Source of the DNA: a virus
Lineage: Duplodnaviria > Caudoviricetes
Virus record (IMG/VR): IMGVR_UViG_3300017987_000115
Span: 1 to 53,459 of that record
Direction: 5' to 3' (one strand)
Length of the DNA stretch: 53,459 nucleotides
Part shown: piece after piece, positions 36,020-46,129 of the stretch
Numbering within the stretch: position 1 is the stretch's first letter
How the letters are laid out: the number at the start of each line of letters is the position of its first letter
Notes under the pieces: generated by a model
What the model was told of the DNA's origin: nothing
What the model saw: only the letters and a program-made list of their open reading frames with translations
Databases searched by the model: none
Position numbers and translations under genes: made by a program

Positions 36020-37542
36020 GGATGGTACTTAGGTTAAAACGGCGTAGGGTTTTCCAGTCTTCCCAACGCCGACTCTCTTCGCCTGAGCGTCAAGAGGGGG
36101 AGCCTTTTTCCCGGAGGCTCCCCCTACCTCACCAGTCCGAAGCACTTGACTACGGTGAGTTGCTTCGAGAGATTGCGTTGTTTATGGAAATGAGACTGGG
36201 AAAGACTATGGTTGCCATACGTTGGTTGCTTGCAAAAGGCGACGCGCTGTTAAACCTAATAGTGGCACCGTTGTCTGTTTTGTATGTATGGAAGGAAGAG
36301 CTTGCGTTGGAAGGTATACACAACGTTTATATACTGACCGGTTCACAAGAAAAGAGAATGGAAATTATAAAGAAGCATAAGAACGGTTGGTTTCTTTGTA
36401 ACTATGAAGGTCTTACGATTAATAAGAATAAGAAAAAAGGTACACCACGCCGTCCGTCTCAGATCCTCATCAGGCAGTGGGACAGTATTATTCTGGACGA
36501 GTCTGTTCGCATTAAAAGTCCCAAGGCATTCATAACTATTTGTCTGTTAAAGCATTCGTATGCAAAGTACAAAGCAATCTTGACCGGTCTTCCCGCTCCA
36601 GAAGGTCCTCAGGATTATTTCTGTCAGATGAAATTTTTGCACGGTGGGTTCATGGGAGAGTCGAATTATTGGGCTTTCATGAACAGGTACTTTAGAAAAG
36701 ATTTCAAAGGTTGGAATTGGACACCTCATCACAACACAAGAGTTAAGATCAAAGAGTGCATTCACGAAAAGGCTTTTGTAAGGACAAGGAAACAAGCAGG
36801 TATTGGTTCCCCAAAAATATATGAAAAGCGATATGTTGAAATGTCTTCGAAGCAGAAGAAAGCTTACAATAAACTTGAAGAGCAGTTTATTTATGAGGCA
36901 TATGACAAGACAAAAGAGACAAAGTGGATCACCACTAATATGATATGGCTGGCAAGACTGGCTGGAGGATTCGATCCAGACGGTGATAAGGTATCAGACG
37001 AAAAGATAAAAGAATTGCGTAGTCTTTTGGAAACGGAATTAAAAGAGGAAAGTGTTGTAGTATGGTTTAGATTCAACAAAGAAATTAAAGAAGCTTTGAA
37101 GTATCTGAAAAAGAAGATCAAGAAAAAAAATATATCCTGCCACTACGTAGCAGGCGATAATAAAAGCCAACGTGATGAGATAATATCGGAGTTCCAAAAA
37201 GGAAAGTTTAGAGTATTACTCTTCCAGATTAAGTGTGGACAGTACGGTATTAAATGTTCGAGAGCGTCTACAGCTATATACTTTTCAAATAACTATGACT
37301 TTAATGATAGAAGACAATCCGAAGATCGTATTCTTCACATGGAAAAGAAAGAGCCTTTGTTGTATATTGATTTAATAACAAAGGGAACTATTGACGAAGC
37401 AATTGTGAAGGCTCTTAGAGAAAAAGGAGCAACAGCGTCATACTTTATGTCAAGGCTTTTGCAGAATTGGAAAACAGACTTCTATGCTAAGGTTAAAGAG
37501 AAAGAAGAAGAGAAAAGGAAAAAGAAGGTTCATATCAATTGA
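36016..37542 (+). CDS. SNF2-type superfamily 2 helicase
   Basis: FMEMRLGKT, ILDES, LTG.P, QSEDR motifs. Confidence 0.9.
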   Translation: MRMVLRLKRRRVFQSSQRRLSSPERQEGEPFSRRLPLPHQSEALDYGELLREIALFMEMRLGKTMVAIRWLLAKGDALLNLIVAPLSVLYVWKEELALEGIHNVYILTGSQEKRMEIIKKHKNGWFLCNYEGLTINKNKKKGTPRRPSQILIRQWDSIILDESVRIKSPKAFITICLLKHSYAKYKAILTGLPAPEGPQDYFCQMKFLHGGFMGESNYWAFMNRYFRKDFKGWNWTPHHNTRVKIKECIHEKAFVRTRKQAGIGSPKIYEKRYVEMSSKQKKAYNKLEEQFIYEAYDKTKETKWITTNMIWLARLAGGFDPDGDKVSDEKIKELRSLLETELKEESVVVWFRFNKEIKEALKYLKKKIKKKNISCHYVAGDNKSQRDEIISEFQKGKFRVLLFQIKCGQYGIKCSRASTAIYFSNNYDFNDRRQSEDRILHMEKKEPLLYIDLITKGTIDEAIVKALREKGATASYFMSRLLQNWKTDFYAKVKEKEEEKRKKKVHIN

Positions 37543-38002
37543 TCCCGGTCTTGGTGGAACAGGATGGTCGGTCTTTGATAGGGACGTTGGAAAAGTTCCG
37601 ATTGAAGTTGGAATTATAAATAGAAGAAAAGGACACTGGTCTCACAGAGCGTTTATGATTGCGTACGGCATTGTGGAAATATGTGAAGCGTTGGAGGTCA
37701 GAGATTTGTACTGTGAGTATCCAGCTTTCTGGGACACTGTTGCTGGTACAATGGTTGCAAAGAGGGGAGACCTTTTAAAGTTGACGTTTCTTGTTGGTGT
37801 AATATGTGCGATACCGTTCGCATCTGTCAAGTGTTTGAAGAACTTTGAATTGGTTCCGGTTATAAAATGGAAAGGTCAGTTGAAAAAGAACGTTGTTATT
37901 GCCAGAATTTTGGCAAAGCTTGGAAAAGAAGCTTGTAAACGTTTTAGACTTCACATATGGGACGCTGTCGGTATTGGACTTTATAAACTGGGGTTGTTTT
38001 AA
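37484..38002 (+). CDS. RuvC-like Holliday junction resolvase
   Basis: ISIDPGLGGTGW, CEYP, WKG, HIWDAVGIG. Confidence 0.8.
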   Translation: MLRLKRKKKRKGKRRFISIDPGLGGTGWSVFDRDVGKVPIEVGIINRRKGHWSHRAFMIAYGIVEICEALEVRDLYCEYPAFWDTVAGTMVAKRGDLLKLTFLVGVICAIPFASVKCLKNFELVPVIKWKGQLKKNVVIARILAKLGKEACKRFRLHIWDAVGIGLYKLGLF

Positions 38003-38214
38003 TGGTTACAGAATGGTACTGTGAAGTATGTTGGTGTAATTATTGGACTGATCCGTCATTTAGAATTGAGATATTGGGAAATCACGAAGGAAAAAATGAC
38101 GGAACCAAATTGTGGCTGTGTGTTTGTAAAAACTGCATGTTGGAGATAGTCGAGGAGTGTGAATGGAAGAGCGAGATCGCAATTAGTATTAGAAAAAATT
38201 TAAGGGGAGAGTAA
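38002..38214 (+). CDS. small Zn-finger-like protein
   Basis: CEVC...CKNC; TAATG coupling. Confidence 0.6.
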   Translation: MVTEWYCEVCWCNYWTDPSFRIEILGNHEGKNDGTKLWLCVCKNCMLEIVEECEWKSEIAISIRKNLRGE

Positions 38215-38502
38215 ATGGGAGCGTACATTAATCCAAAGGGAATGGACAAAGAGGCTTGGCTTGATTTACACGGTAAACCTACGTGTGAAGAGAGCGTTTT
38301 ATATCACAAACCATTCGACGGTGGGTTGGTTGCTGTTTGTTTGGTTAACAATGGGCCGTTTACTGCAGCAGCTATCTTATTCGACGAAAGGGAGAAGAGA
38401 GACTTTAGTGGTCCGCATGATGCGAGACCCAAACAATGGTACTTTGTTGACGTTGAAGAAGTTAAAAACGTTTCAAATTTGGAGTGTTATATAAAAGACT
38501 GA
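38215..38502 (+). CDS. hypothetical protein
   Basis: GGAG SD. Confidence 0.7.
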   Translation: MGAYINPKGMDKEAWLDLHGKPTCEESVLYHKPFDGGLVAVCLVNNGPFTAAAILFDEREKRDFSGPHDARPKQWYFVDVEEVKNVSNLECYIKD

Positions 38503-38514
38503 AAGGAGAGAGCA

Positions 38515-38790
38515 ATGAGTTTTCAAGTCGAAAACGTAACCGGGAAAAAAGTGATGAGCGTCAACGTTAGTCTGAGAGGGAATTTTTTAAGTGTGGGCAT
38601 GGACATATATTCAAACCGTTACAAGAGGCTCGCTACAAAGCAAATGAACAATCCAAACAGAACGCCTCCGACTCACTACGACAGTTTTACAATGACACAC
38701 GAACAGGCACTGATGCTCGCTTCTCTTATCTTAAAGAAGGCAGGGGACTTGGCAGACGAAGACAACTTTGATTCGAGGGACATACAATGA
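38515..38790 (+). CDS. hypothetical protein
   Basis: AAGGAG SD. Confidence 0.7.
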   Translation: MSFQVENVTGKKVMSVNVSLRGNFLSVGMDIYSNRYKRLATKQMNNPNRTPPTHYDSFTMTHEQALMLASLILKKAGDLADEDNFDSRDIQ

Positions 38791-39017
38791 GTATCCCAAT
38801 AGCTCCAAAGTTTAAAGTAATAGCATGTGTAGGTCCGTATCAAATACTTAAAGACGACAAAGGTTTTTTCAGGGTTAAGCTTCCAGGCTATCCGATTAAA
38901 GCTGTCGAGTTTTTAACTGCCGACAAAGCCAAGTTTCAAGCAAGGAAAGCTTTGGAAAAACTACGTGCGGACGGTAAGCTGAAAGCCAGCTCGTCTGAAA
39001 GATACTGGAGACCGTGA
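38787..39017 (+). CDS. hypothetical protein
   Basis: ATGA coupling. Confidence 0.65.
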   Translation: MSIPIAPKFKVIACVGPYQILKDDKGFFRVKLPGYPIKAVEFLTADKAKFQARKALEKLRADGKLKASSSERYWRP

Positions 39018-39018
39018 C

Positions 39019-40236
39019 ATGAGCAAGAAGGACAAACTCAGAGAAAAGATAAGAGAGTATGGTTTGCCTGGTCCGCTAATGGACTGCAGTGTAGACTTAA
39101 TCCAAAGAACGCTTGCAAAGCGTGTATGGGAATTGGAGCATCCAGATAAAAAGTTTCCAAAGCAGTACGATACTATGCTTGCTAAGGACGCTAGCAAACT
39201 TTCACGTGAAGAGTTTGAAGAAAAGTTCAGCAACGAAAACTGGATAGCCGAAACAAAGCTCAACGGGTGTAGGGGATTACTTATAATCAAGCCGTTGAAA
39301 AACGGAAAGCAAAACGTTCGGATACTTTCAAGACGTCGGTCTGTCAAGACCTTTCGGTATGAAGAGAAGCAAAACAAGCTTCCGCAATTCAAAGACTTTA
39401 AATGGCATGGCGTTAAAGGGTTGACAATTATAGACGGGGAACTTTATCATCCAGAGCAACGGGCAGTGACAGCGTCTGGCACGCAAACAGAAAGTAGACT
39501 TCAAAACGCAACGTCTATACTGAACTCGCTTCCTAGCAAGGCACTGAAGACCCAAAAGAAAATTGGATTTTTGCGTTTCTGTGCTTTCGACGTTTTGTAT
39601 TACAACGGAATGGATCTTCGGAAGCTTCATCTTGAGGAAAGGAAACACTACCTGTCAAAGTTCGGAGCCAACAACGAGTGCTATGTAACTGACATTGATA
39701 TGATGAAGGGTATGATGGTTAAAGAAAGAAACGTCTTCTTTGAGATCATAGGCTTTACAAGATACTTTGACCTTCACAAGCACAAGATCAACAAAAAGAA
39801 GGCAAGCTTCTTCAAGTACTTCATGTCAGAGGTTGAAGACGGCGAGGAAGGTATAATGTTGAAGCGTCTTGACTCTACATATCAATCTGGAAAGAGGTCC
39901 AAAGACTGGTACAAAATGAAGGCTCAACAGACGTTTGACGCCTTCGTAACCGGTTTTCTCCCAGGGCAGGGCCACTTGGCTGGGTTGGTTGGTTCGGTAC
40001 GTTTCTCGGCATATGTAAATGGCGAAGAAAAGATTATTGGAAAGGTCGGAGCTTTTCCACTCAAGGTTCGACAACGCATGACCGGAAAAAATGGAAAGTT
40101 GAAAAAGAAGTGGTACGGTAAGGTTGCCGAACTTCGAGGAGCAGACGTGACCAAGAATAAAAGACTGTTCCACTGTCAGCTTGTACGATGGAGAAAAGAC
40201 AAAGACCCGGACGACTGTGTTGTGGAATTTAAGTAA
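39019..40236 (+). CDS. lig: ATP-dependent DNA ligase
   Basis: ETKLNGCR (motif I), IIDGEL, AFDVLY, EGIMLK, WYKMK; C-terminal OB domain. Confidence 0.93.
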   Translation: MSKKDKLREKIREYGLPGPLMDCSVDLIQRTLAKRVWELEHPDKKFPKQYDTMLAKDASKLSREEFEEKFSNENWIAETKLNGCRGLLIIKPLKNGKQNVRILSRRRSVKTFRYEEKQNKLPQFKDFKWHGVKGLTIIDGELYHPEQRAVTASGTQTESRLQNATSILNSLPSKALKTQKKIGFLRFCAFDVLYYNGMDLRKLHLEERKHYLSKFGANNECYVTDIDMMKGMMVKERNVFFEIIGFTRYFDLHKHKINKKKASFFKYFMSEVEDGEEGIMLKRLDSTYQSGKRSKDWYKMKAQQTFDAFVTGFLPGQGHLAGLVGSVRFSAYVNGEEKIIGKVGAFPLKVRQRMTGKNGKLKKKWYGKVAELRGADVTKNKRLFHCQLVRWRKDKDPDDCVVEFK

Positions 40237-40247
40237 GGAGAAGAGAG

Positions 40248-40520
40248 ATGATAGGTAAAGTAATTAAATGGGAGCAGTTGAATTATGAAGGGACCGTGTT
40301 TCAATTTACGTACGGGCCTTTTATCTTTCAGGTGAACACGCCGTGTCCCACTATATCGATCTACATGCCAGACGCTTGTTTCCTACCCAAGAGTTTGATC
40401 AATAATAAAGAAAGAGTTTTGGTGCGTATCTTTGAACGCAACTTGGGTCAAGTATCGTGGAAGTCTTTCAATGAAACTGTTGAAAGGTTTCTGAAGACTG
40501 TCTATGGAACAGACTGCTAG
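40248..40520 (+). CDS. hypothetical protein
   Basis: AAGGAG SD. Confidence 0.65.
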   Translation: MIGKVIKWEQLNYEGTVFQFTYGPFIFQVNTPCPTISIYMPDACFLPKSLINNKERVLVRIFERNLGQVSWKSFNETVERFLKTVYGTDC

Positions 40521-40543
40521 GTTGTTTAGTTAAGGAGAGTACG

Positions 40544-40948
40544 ATGTCGGAAGAAAGACAAACATTCAAACTACGTTTCCAACCGGGTGACCTTGCTTGG
40601 ATCGTTAACAAAGACGGTTGGGTTCAGCTTGTTATAGTTCGTTCTGTTCATTGTTGTGAAGACGGATGCACATACTCGACTATCGGCATGTGTGGCGAAA
40701 GTATAAAGCTCAAAGACCGCAATGTAACAGATGCAGATATACTCCACTTTGACGATTGCAAAATACCTGGAGAATGGTGGAGGACAAACCTTTACTATGC
40801 AAAGGAAAAACTTATCGCCCATTGGAACGAAAACTACAAAAATCGTACAGACTTTGGCGATACAGAAGAAGATGAATGGATTGGGAAAGAAGATTATCCA
40901 ACTTATAGGCCAGGCGAACATCCTACAAAGGTGGTGGATCCGAGATGA
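40544..40948 (+). CDS. hypothetical protein (SH3-like FQPGD start)
   Basis: AAGGAG SD. Confidence 0.65.
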   Translation: MSEERQTFKLRFQPGDLAWIVNKDGWVQLVIVRSVHCCEDGCTYSTIGMCGESIKLKDRNVTDADILHFDDCKIPGEWWRTNLYYAKEKLIAHWNENYKNRTDFGDTEEDEWIGKEDYPTYRPGEHPTKVVDPR

Positions 40949-41937
40949 AGTCTTTACTGGATAAAAAGAAGAAAAAGTATTCGGTCGAAAAAGACGGCAT
41001 TACACAAGGTCTGCTTCAGACCTGGATGAGCTGTCGTTACAAAGCACGTTTCTTTTTGGACGGCTGGCGAACAGTTGACACCAGAATGGCGCTGATTTTT
41101 GGTTCTCTTATTCACGGCATCAACGAGGCTGTATACAAAAAGGTTCGAAAAGGAAAAACAAAACATCCGCCTTCGACTAAAAAGATTAAGTCAATCACCA
41201 ACAAGGCTTCCAAGATTTGGATCAAAGACAATCCAAGAGCAAGCAAACGGGCAAGGGAAATGTTGGCTGAGTCTGTAATGATAGCCAATATTTTAATGCC
41301 GTTGTATTTTGAACGTTGGGAGAAAGATGATTTCAAAGAAGCAGTATGGCAAGAGGTGGAAGGAAAGTTTAATCTTCCTGTAAAATTGAAAGACGGAAGA
41401 CGTACAAGGTTCAGAGGAATGATAGACGGGTCTTTTCTTTCAAAAGGCCTTAACAAATTGTGGTTATTTGAAACTAAAACAGGTACAAGAATCAACCCGT
41501 TGAACCTTACAGACCGTTTGGCTTTTGATCTACAAGTTGGTTTCTACTTAAACGCTCTGTACAAACTTAAGGAAGCAATTCCTGAAGGCTTTCTTTACAA
41601 TAACATTCGTCGTCCAGAGCTTCGTATAAGAAAGAAAGAGTCTCTAAAACAATTCGCAGATAGGATGGAAAACGATATACAAAAAAGACCTGATTGGTAT
41701 TTTGTAAGGCTTCCGATATCTATATCAAAGAAAGAGTTTAAAGCAATACGCAAACAATTGTTTGTTATTGTACGAGAGTTTTATGATTGGTACGAAGGTA
41801 AGCTCGGACACTACAGATGTTCAGGACAGTGCGAAGGAAAGTACGGACGATGTGGATATCTTACAATGTGCGCAAACGGTGGAAAGCCGACTCCTATATA
41901 TGTAAACTCTGGTTTTAGTTATAGGGAGCTTGACTAA
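40945..41937 (+). CDS. PD-(D/E)XK exonuclease, Cas4/AddB-like with Fe-S cysteines
   Basis: SCRYK, GSLIH, GMID, FETKT, QVGFY, and C-terminal C...C...C.Y...C. Confidence 0.85.
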   Translation: MKSLLDKKKKKYSVEKDGITQGLLQTWMSCRYKARFFLDGWRTVDTRMALIFGSLIHGINEAVYKKVRKGKTKHPPSTKKIKSITNKASKIWIKDNPRASKRAREMLAESVMIANILMPLYFERWEKDDFKEAVWQEVEGKFNLPVKLKDGRRTRFRGMIDGSFLSKGLNKLWLFETKTGTRINPLNLTDRLAFDLQVGFYLNALYKLKEAIPEGFLYNNIRRPELRIRKKESLKQFADRMENDIQKRPDWYFVRLPISISKKEFKAIRKQLFVIVREFYDWYEGKLGHYRCSGQCEGKYGRCGYLTMCANGGKPTPIYVNSGFSYRELD

Positions 41938-42149
41938 TGAAAGCAAAATTGACTGGGTGGAAGTTTGAGATAGGTGAAGAAGCAAAAGTAGATGAATGGC
42001 CTGTGAAAGTCATAAGTAGATCTTTCTCTTATATAGAGAACAGTGGAGGGTTTGAGTCAATAGAAACTTATTACTGTGAGAACATTTCAGAAGACTCTGT
42101 TTGGTCTTATGAAAACTTTGATGTTGAAGATATGGAGAAGAAAAAATGA
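41937..42149 (+). CDS. small acidic hypothetical protein
   Basis: TAATG coupling. Confidence 0.65.
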   Translation: MKAKLTGWKFEIGEEAKVDEWPVKVISRSFSYIENSGGFESIETYYCENISEDSVWSYENFDVEDMEKKK

Positions 42150-42973
42150 AGGTTGTAGTCTTAGGAGCTGGTCCGGTTGGTTGTATTGCCAAGAGGCGTT
42201 TAAACCTTGTGAATATCAACGGTAATCTTTTCGACTCTATGAGCTATGACGAAATTCACAAAAGAACATTTAACCATGGAGCTCATTATCTTTGGAAACC
42301 TATTGAAGGTTTTTCTGTTAAACGTTGTAGAATTATTACAACTGTTGACGGTGATCAGGCTGTTGAAGAAAGCGTGCGTCGTTACAAAACAAAGGTTGGT
42401 CGATACGAAGAAGGGCGTGATTGGTCTAGACAGTTCAAACCGAAGTCAAAAGGATATCGAATAATATCTTTCCCTGACGTTGTAATTAACCACCATCACA
42501 AAGCCAAACGTATTGACGTGGTAAACAAGACTGTCACATTTGCAAACGGAACAGAAGACCACTTTGACGTTATTATAAGCACAATTCCTCTGAACATCTT
42601 AGTCCAGATCTCTGGTATGGTGGACAGACCGCAGTCGGTATTTGAATATCGTGAAATATACGTATATGAAACTCCGAGTATGCGTTGTAAGAACGAAGAT
42701 ATGGTTGTAGACTATGACTCGTCACCTACAGAGTCTGTATACAGACGTACATATCGAGACGGAAAATGTCATGCAGAGTCATTGAAGAAGTTTGACAAGC
42801 CTGACGCTATTTTAACGCCTGGTAAGATATGGACAAATGAGGAGACTAGAGAATGGGTAGAGCGTTTAAAAAGTTACAATATACATTGCTTTGGACGGTT
42901 CGGTACTTGGGAGGAAGATGAACTCTTGCACCAGGCGTGTGAAAAAGTTCAGAACTTTGTGGAGGGACTGTAA
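42146..42973 (+). CDS. FAD-dependent oxidoreductase (UDP-galactopyranose-mutase/protoporphyrinogen-oxidase-like fold)
   Basis: N-terminal VVLGAGPVG, GAHY, FDVIISTIPL, C-terminal FGRFGTW. Confidence 0.8.
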   Translation: MKVVVLGAGPVGCIAKRRLNLVNINGNLFDSMSYDEIHKRTFNHGAHYLWKPIEGFSVKRCRIITTVDGDQAVEESVRRYKTKVGRYEEGRDWSRQFKPKSKGYRIISFPDVVINHHHKAKRIDVVNKTVTFANGTEDHFDVIISTIPLNILVQISGMVDRPQSVFEYREIYVYETPSMRCKNEDMVVDYDSSPTESVYRRTYRDGKCHAESLKKFDKPDAILTPGKIWTNEETREWVERLKSYNIHCFGRFGTWEEDELLHQACEKVQNFVEGL

Positions 42974-43046
42974 TGTCAGGTTTCAGAGACCTTTCAATTA
43001 TATATGCAGTGACGTCATTGTCGCCGTTTATACTGTGGAGGACAAC

Positions 43047-44009
43047 GTGAAAGAGTTTGAAAAGATTTGGAAAGACCAGAGAGACTTTAATAAGAACTTC
43101 TTTCCAGCGCCAGAAACTTTCGACGATATGTCTGCTCAGACCAAAGAGCTAATACTTCATATGATGTCTGAGTGTGATGAGCTGTTGAGAGCAACGTCTT
43201 GGAAAATTCATAGGCGCAATAATAACAAGCCAAATCCTGAACAAGTGCGTGAAGAGCTTACAGACATATTCAAGTATTGGATTTCACTATGCCAGGTATG
43301 GGGAGTTTCACCGAAGCAAGCTGTCGAGGATTACTGGAGGAAAAGTATGGTAGTCCGCCAACGATATTCTGAAGAGTTTGTAATGCGTTTGAGCAAACAC
43401 CGGATAGCTCTCTTTGATATAGACGGTGTTATAGCTGACTATTGTAATGGATTTTTAAGTTGGTTGATACGAGAAGCCTCTGCGGATTCGTTAAAGTCGT
43501 TGGCTGATAGGGCAAGAAATCTTGTAGATTCTCAAGTATGGATGTGCGCCGAGTCGTTGAAAATTGGTGAAGGAAAGTGGCAGGAGCTTAAACATAGGTT
43601 CAGAGTTACAAGAGGAAAAGTCTATTTGCCTGTGTTTAAAGACTCTCTCTATCTTCTAGACCTTTGTAGGCAAAAGGGATTTAAAATCGTTCTTTTGACC
43701 AGTAGGCCGATTGACAGGTATCCTAATATATACACAGATACTCTGGAATGGCTCAATAAGCATTCAATTCCATTCGACGCCATCTGGTGGTCGTCCGATA
43801 AAGACGAGATGCTTCTCTCCAGAAACTTGCTACCTAATATTGATTTTATGGTTGAAGACAATCTTCGATACGCAGATCAAATGGCGAATATCGGAGTCAA
43901 GGTTTATTTAATCAATAGATCAAATAAACCTATAGATGTTGGACGTAAAAAGTATAAGCGTCCTGGACAAATTAAAATAATCAAATCATTAGAAGAGGTG
44001 AAGGTATGA
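43047..44009 (+). CDS. dimeric dUTPase/MazG-type NTP pyrophosphatase fused to a HAD 5'-nucleotidase-like domain
   Basis: GGAGG SD plus GTG; SECDELL...WK...EELTDIFKY; FDIDGVIADY, LLTSRP, K, VED HAD motifs. Confidence 0.85.
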   Translation: MKEFEKIWKDQRDFNKNFFPAPETFDDMSAQTKELILHMMSECDELLRATSWKIHRRNNNKPNPEQVREELTDIFKYWISLCQVWGVSPKQAVEDYWRKSMVVRQRYSEEFVMRLSKHRIALFDIDGVIADYCNGFLSWLIREASADSLKSLADRARNLVDSQVWMCAESLKIGEGKWQELKHRFRVTRGKVYLPVFKDSLYLLDLCRQKGFKIVLLTSRPIDRYPNIYTDTLEWLNKHSIPFDAIWWSSDKDEMLLSRNLLPNIDFMVEDNLRYADQMANIGVKVYLINRSNKPIDVGRKKYKRPGQIKIIKSLEEVKV

Positions 44010-44224
44010 CTGGACATCGAGATCACGAGTTTGTTGTAATTGAAAGTAAAAGGCTGGACTTACTTTTGAAGTCTGCAGGATGCCTAGTAACAGGCGACCT
44101 TACAGTGCCTGAATGGAGAGCTAGACTTAAAAAAGCAGTCGCAGACGTTAAAAAGAACGGAAGGATACTATCAGAGGTTATAGATGACGCTCTGAAAAAA
44201 CTTTTAGTGGAGGAAGAAAAATGA
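44006..44224 (+). CDS. small protein sharing the N-terminal MxGHRDH with the ThyX homolog
   Basis: ATGA coupling on both sides. Confidence 0.7.
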   Translation: MTGHRDHEFVVIESKRLDLLLKSAGCLVTGDLTVPEWRARLKKAVADVKKNGRILSEVIDDALKKLLVEEEK

Positions 44225-45279
44225 ACGGGCATAGAGATCATGCAAGGTTTACAGGGGAGGCTCCTAAGACTCCAATCGATAGGGGTCCTTTTGGACTGAA
44301 AGTTTCTCTTGATATGTGGGGACCGAAAGAAAACTTGATGGCGCACATATGGAATGAGCTAACAGCCAATTGGGGCAACGAACCTGCAAGAGTTGAAAAA
44401 GACGAAGATCTTACAACTCCGGAGATGGAACACGTGTACGAGGCGTTTGCAGGTAAAACTCTGTCACAGGTTCTTGAAGGCGTTCACTTTTGGTTCACTA
44501 TCGACGGTGTGACAAGAGCGTGCACACACCAGTTGGTTCGGACACGTATTGGAGCTGCTATGATGCAACATGGCGGACGTGATAACGACTGGCGACATCG
44601 TCCGTGGACAATGCCGGAAACGATTCATCGTGCGTGTAGTTATTTTGATAGAGAGCCTGCGGAGAAGTTTAAGTACGATGACCGCTCTTATCAAATGCAT
44701 CCGTGTGTAAGAGATCGAGAGGCTTTGGACAATTATATATACGGATCTGACGTAGACGGCGATATGGTTAAGTTAAAGCTCAGGGACCGCGTCTTTGAAG
44801 TTGTAGATGAATGCAAACAGTTATATGCAGCACTTGTTGATGCAGGTATTCCGTGGCAAGATGCTCGGAGGGTACTTCCCATTGGCCTGCAGACTTACAT
44901 TCATATCAACTACAACTACCTTGCTTTGAAAGGCGTGTTGGCAAATCGACTCGAGCATGTGATGGATTGGGAGATTAACTGCGTGTCTCAGCTGATGTTA
45001 CGTGAAATCAAAATGAAGTGCCCGTCAATATTCTCCAAGAACCTCGGTTCGCATTCTGATCGAATGAAGAAAGCAGCGTTTGAGAATATGGAGTCATGGC
45101 CTCCTGACGGAAAGTACGCTTCTGATAAGATGGGTGACGTGAGAACCCACAATCGAACGCAGATGCCGTTTTGGGTTCTTTCTCCAGAATCAATGGAGGG
45201 TGGTCCTATCGAATGGATACCTACCAATGGAATATATCCCAAAAATCTTAGACCAAAAGGAGAGAATAATGTCAAGTAA
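44221..45279 (+). CDS. thyX: divergent ThyX-family flavin-dependent nucleotide-modifying enzyme
   Basis: F.IDGVTRACTHQLVRTR, Y..LV..GIP.QDAR.VLP, WEI; signature residues are altered. Confidence 0.85.
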   Translation: MNGHRDHARFTGEAPKTPIDRGPFGLKVSLDMWGPKENLMAHIWNELTANWGNEPARVEKDEDLTTPEMEHVYEAFAGKTLSQVLEGVHFWFTIDGVTRACTHQLVRTRIGAAMMQHGGRDNDWRHRPWTMPETIHRACSYFDREPAEKFKYDDRSYQMHPCVRDREALDNYIYGSDVDGDMVKLKLRDRVFEVVDECKQLYAALVDAGIPWQDARRVLPIGLQTYIHINYNYLALKGVLANRLEHVMDWEINCVSQLMLREIKMKCPSIFSKNLGSHSDRMKKAAFENMESWPPDGKYASDKMGDVRTHNRTQMPFWVLSPESMEGGPIEWIPTNGIYPKNLRPKGENNVK

Positions 45280-46114
45280 AAAGAAGAAGACTACAAAGAA
45301 AAAAGCTTCGACGGGTCCGGTACGTTTACCTACAGAACGTTCCAAGCCCAAGCAAAAACTTTCTTCTTATTCCATACTTTTGTATGGTGAGAAGAAGGTC
45401 GGAAAGACTACAATGTGTGCCGAGCCTGAGGCCACTTTGTTTGTACCTTTTGAGCCAGGCACAAAGGCTTTGTCGGTATTTGAAATGAAACCAGAGGACT
45501 GGGGACACTTCAAAAAGATTGTCAATGCATTATGCAAAGACAAAAAGAACAGGTTCAAGACTGTTGTCATCGACACTGTGTCAGTTGCTTACAAACGTTG
45601 TTGGGAGTGGGTTTGCAAGCAGCATGTCATTGGACACCCGTCTGAGGAGAAGTGGGGCAAGGCCTGGACTGACATCTCAGACGAGTTTACAAAGACGTTC
45701 GACAAGCTAATTCATTCTGGAAAAGGCGTTATATTCGTCGCCCATTCTCACACCCAGAGAATCGAGACTGTCGACGACGAGTATGACCATATCTCTCCTG
45801 CACTCCCAAAACAAGCGAACGAATACTTCTCTGCCATTGTCGATATCTGGGCATACTATGGTTATCGAAAAGGCAAAAGGTACCTTACGATTAACGGAGA
45901 CGAAAGCGTTGCAGCTGGTCAGCGTATACCTGGTAGATTCTTGACACCAAAAGGCAAGAGACTTAAAAGGATTTACATGGGTGATAACTCTAAAGAAGCC
46001 TACAGTAATTTTGTTAAGGCTTTTAACAATACATACAAGCCACCAAAGGAGGTGACGAAGTCAAAAGTTAAAAAGACCAAGAAAAAGAGTCTCAAAAAGA
46101 AGTCCAAAAAATAA
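45269..46114 (+). CDS. AAA (Sak4/AAA_24-like) ATPase
   Basis: LLYGEKKVGKTT, VVIDTV, FVAH. Confidence 0.85.
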   Translation: MSSKKKKTTKKKASTGPVRLPTERSKPKQKLSSYSILLYGEKKVGKTTMCAEPEATLFVPFEPGTKALSVFEMKPEDWGHFKKIVNALCKDKKNRFKTVVIDTVSVAYKRCWEWVCKQHVIGHPSEEKWGKAWTDISDEFTKTFDKLIHSGKGVIFVAHSHTQRIETVDDEYDHISPALPKQANEYFSAIVDIWAYYGYRKGKRYLTINGDESVAAGQRIPGRFLTPKGKRLKRIYMGDNSKEAYSNFVKAFNNTYKPPKEVTKSKVKKTKKKSLKKKSKK

Positions 46115-46129
46115 AAGGAGAAAAGTGAA

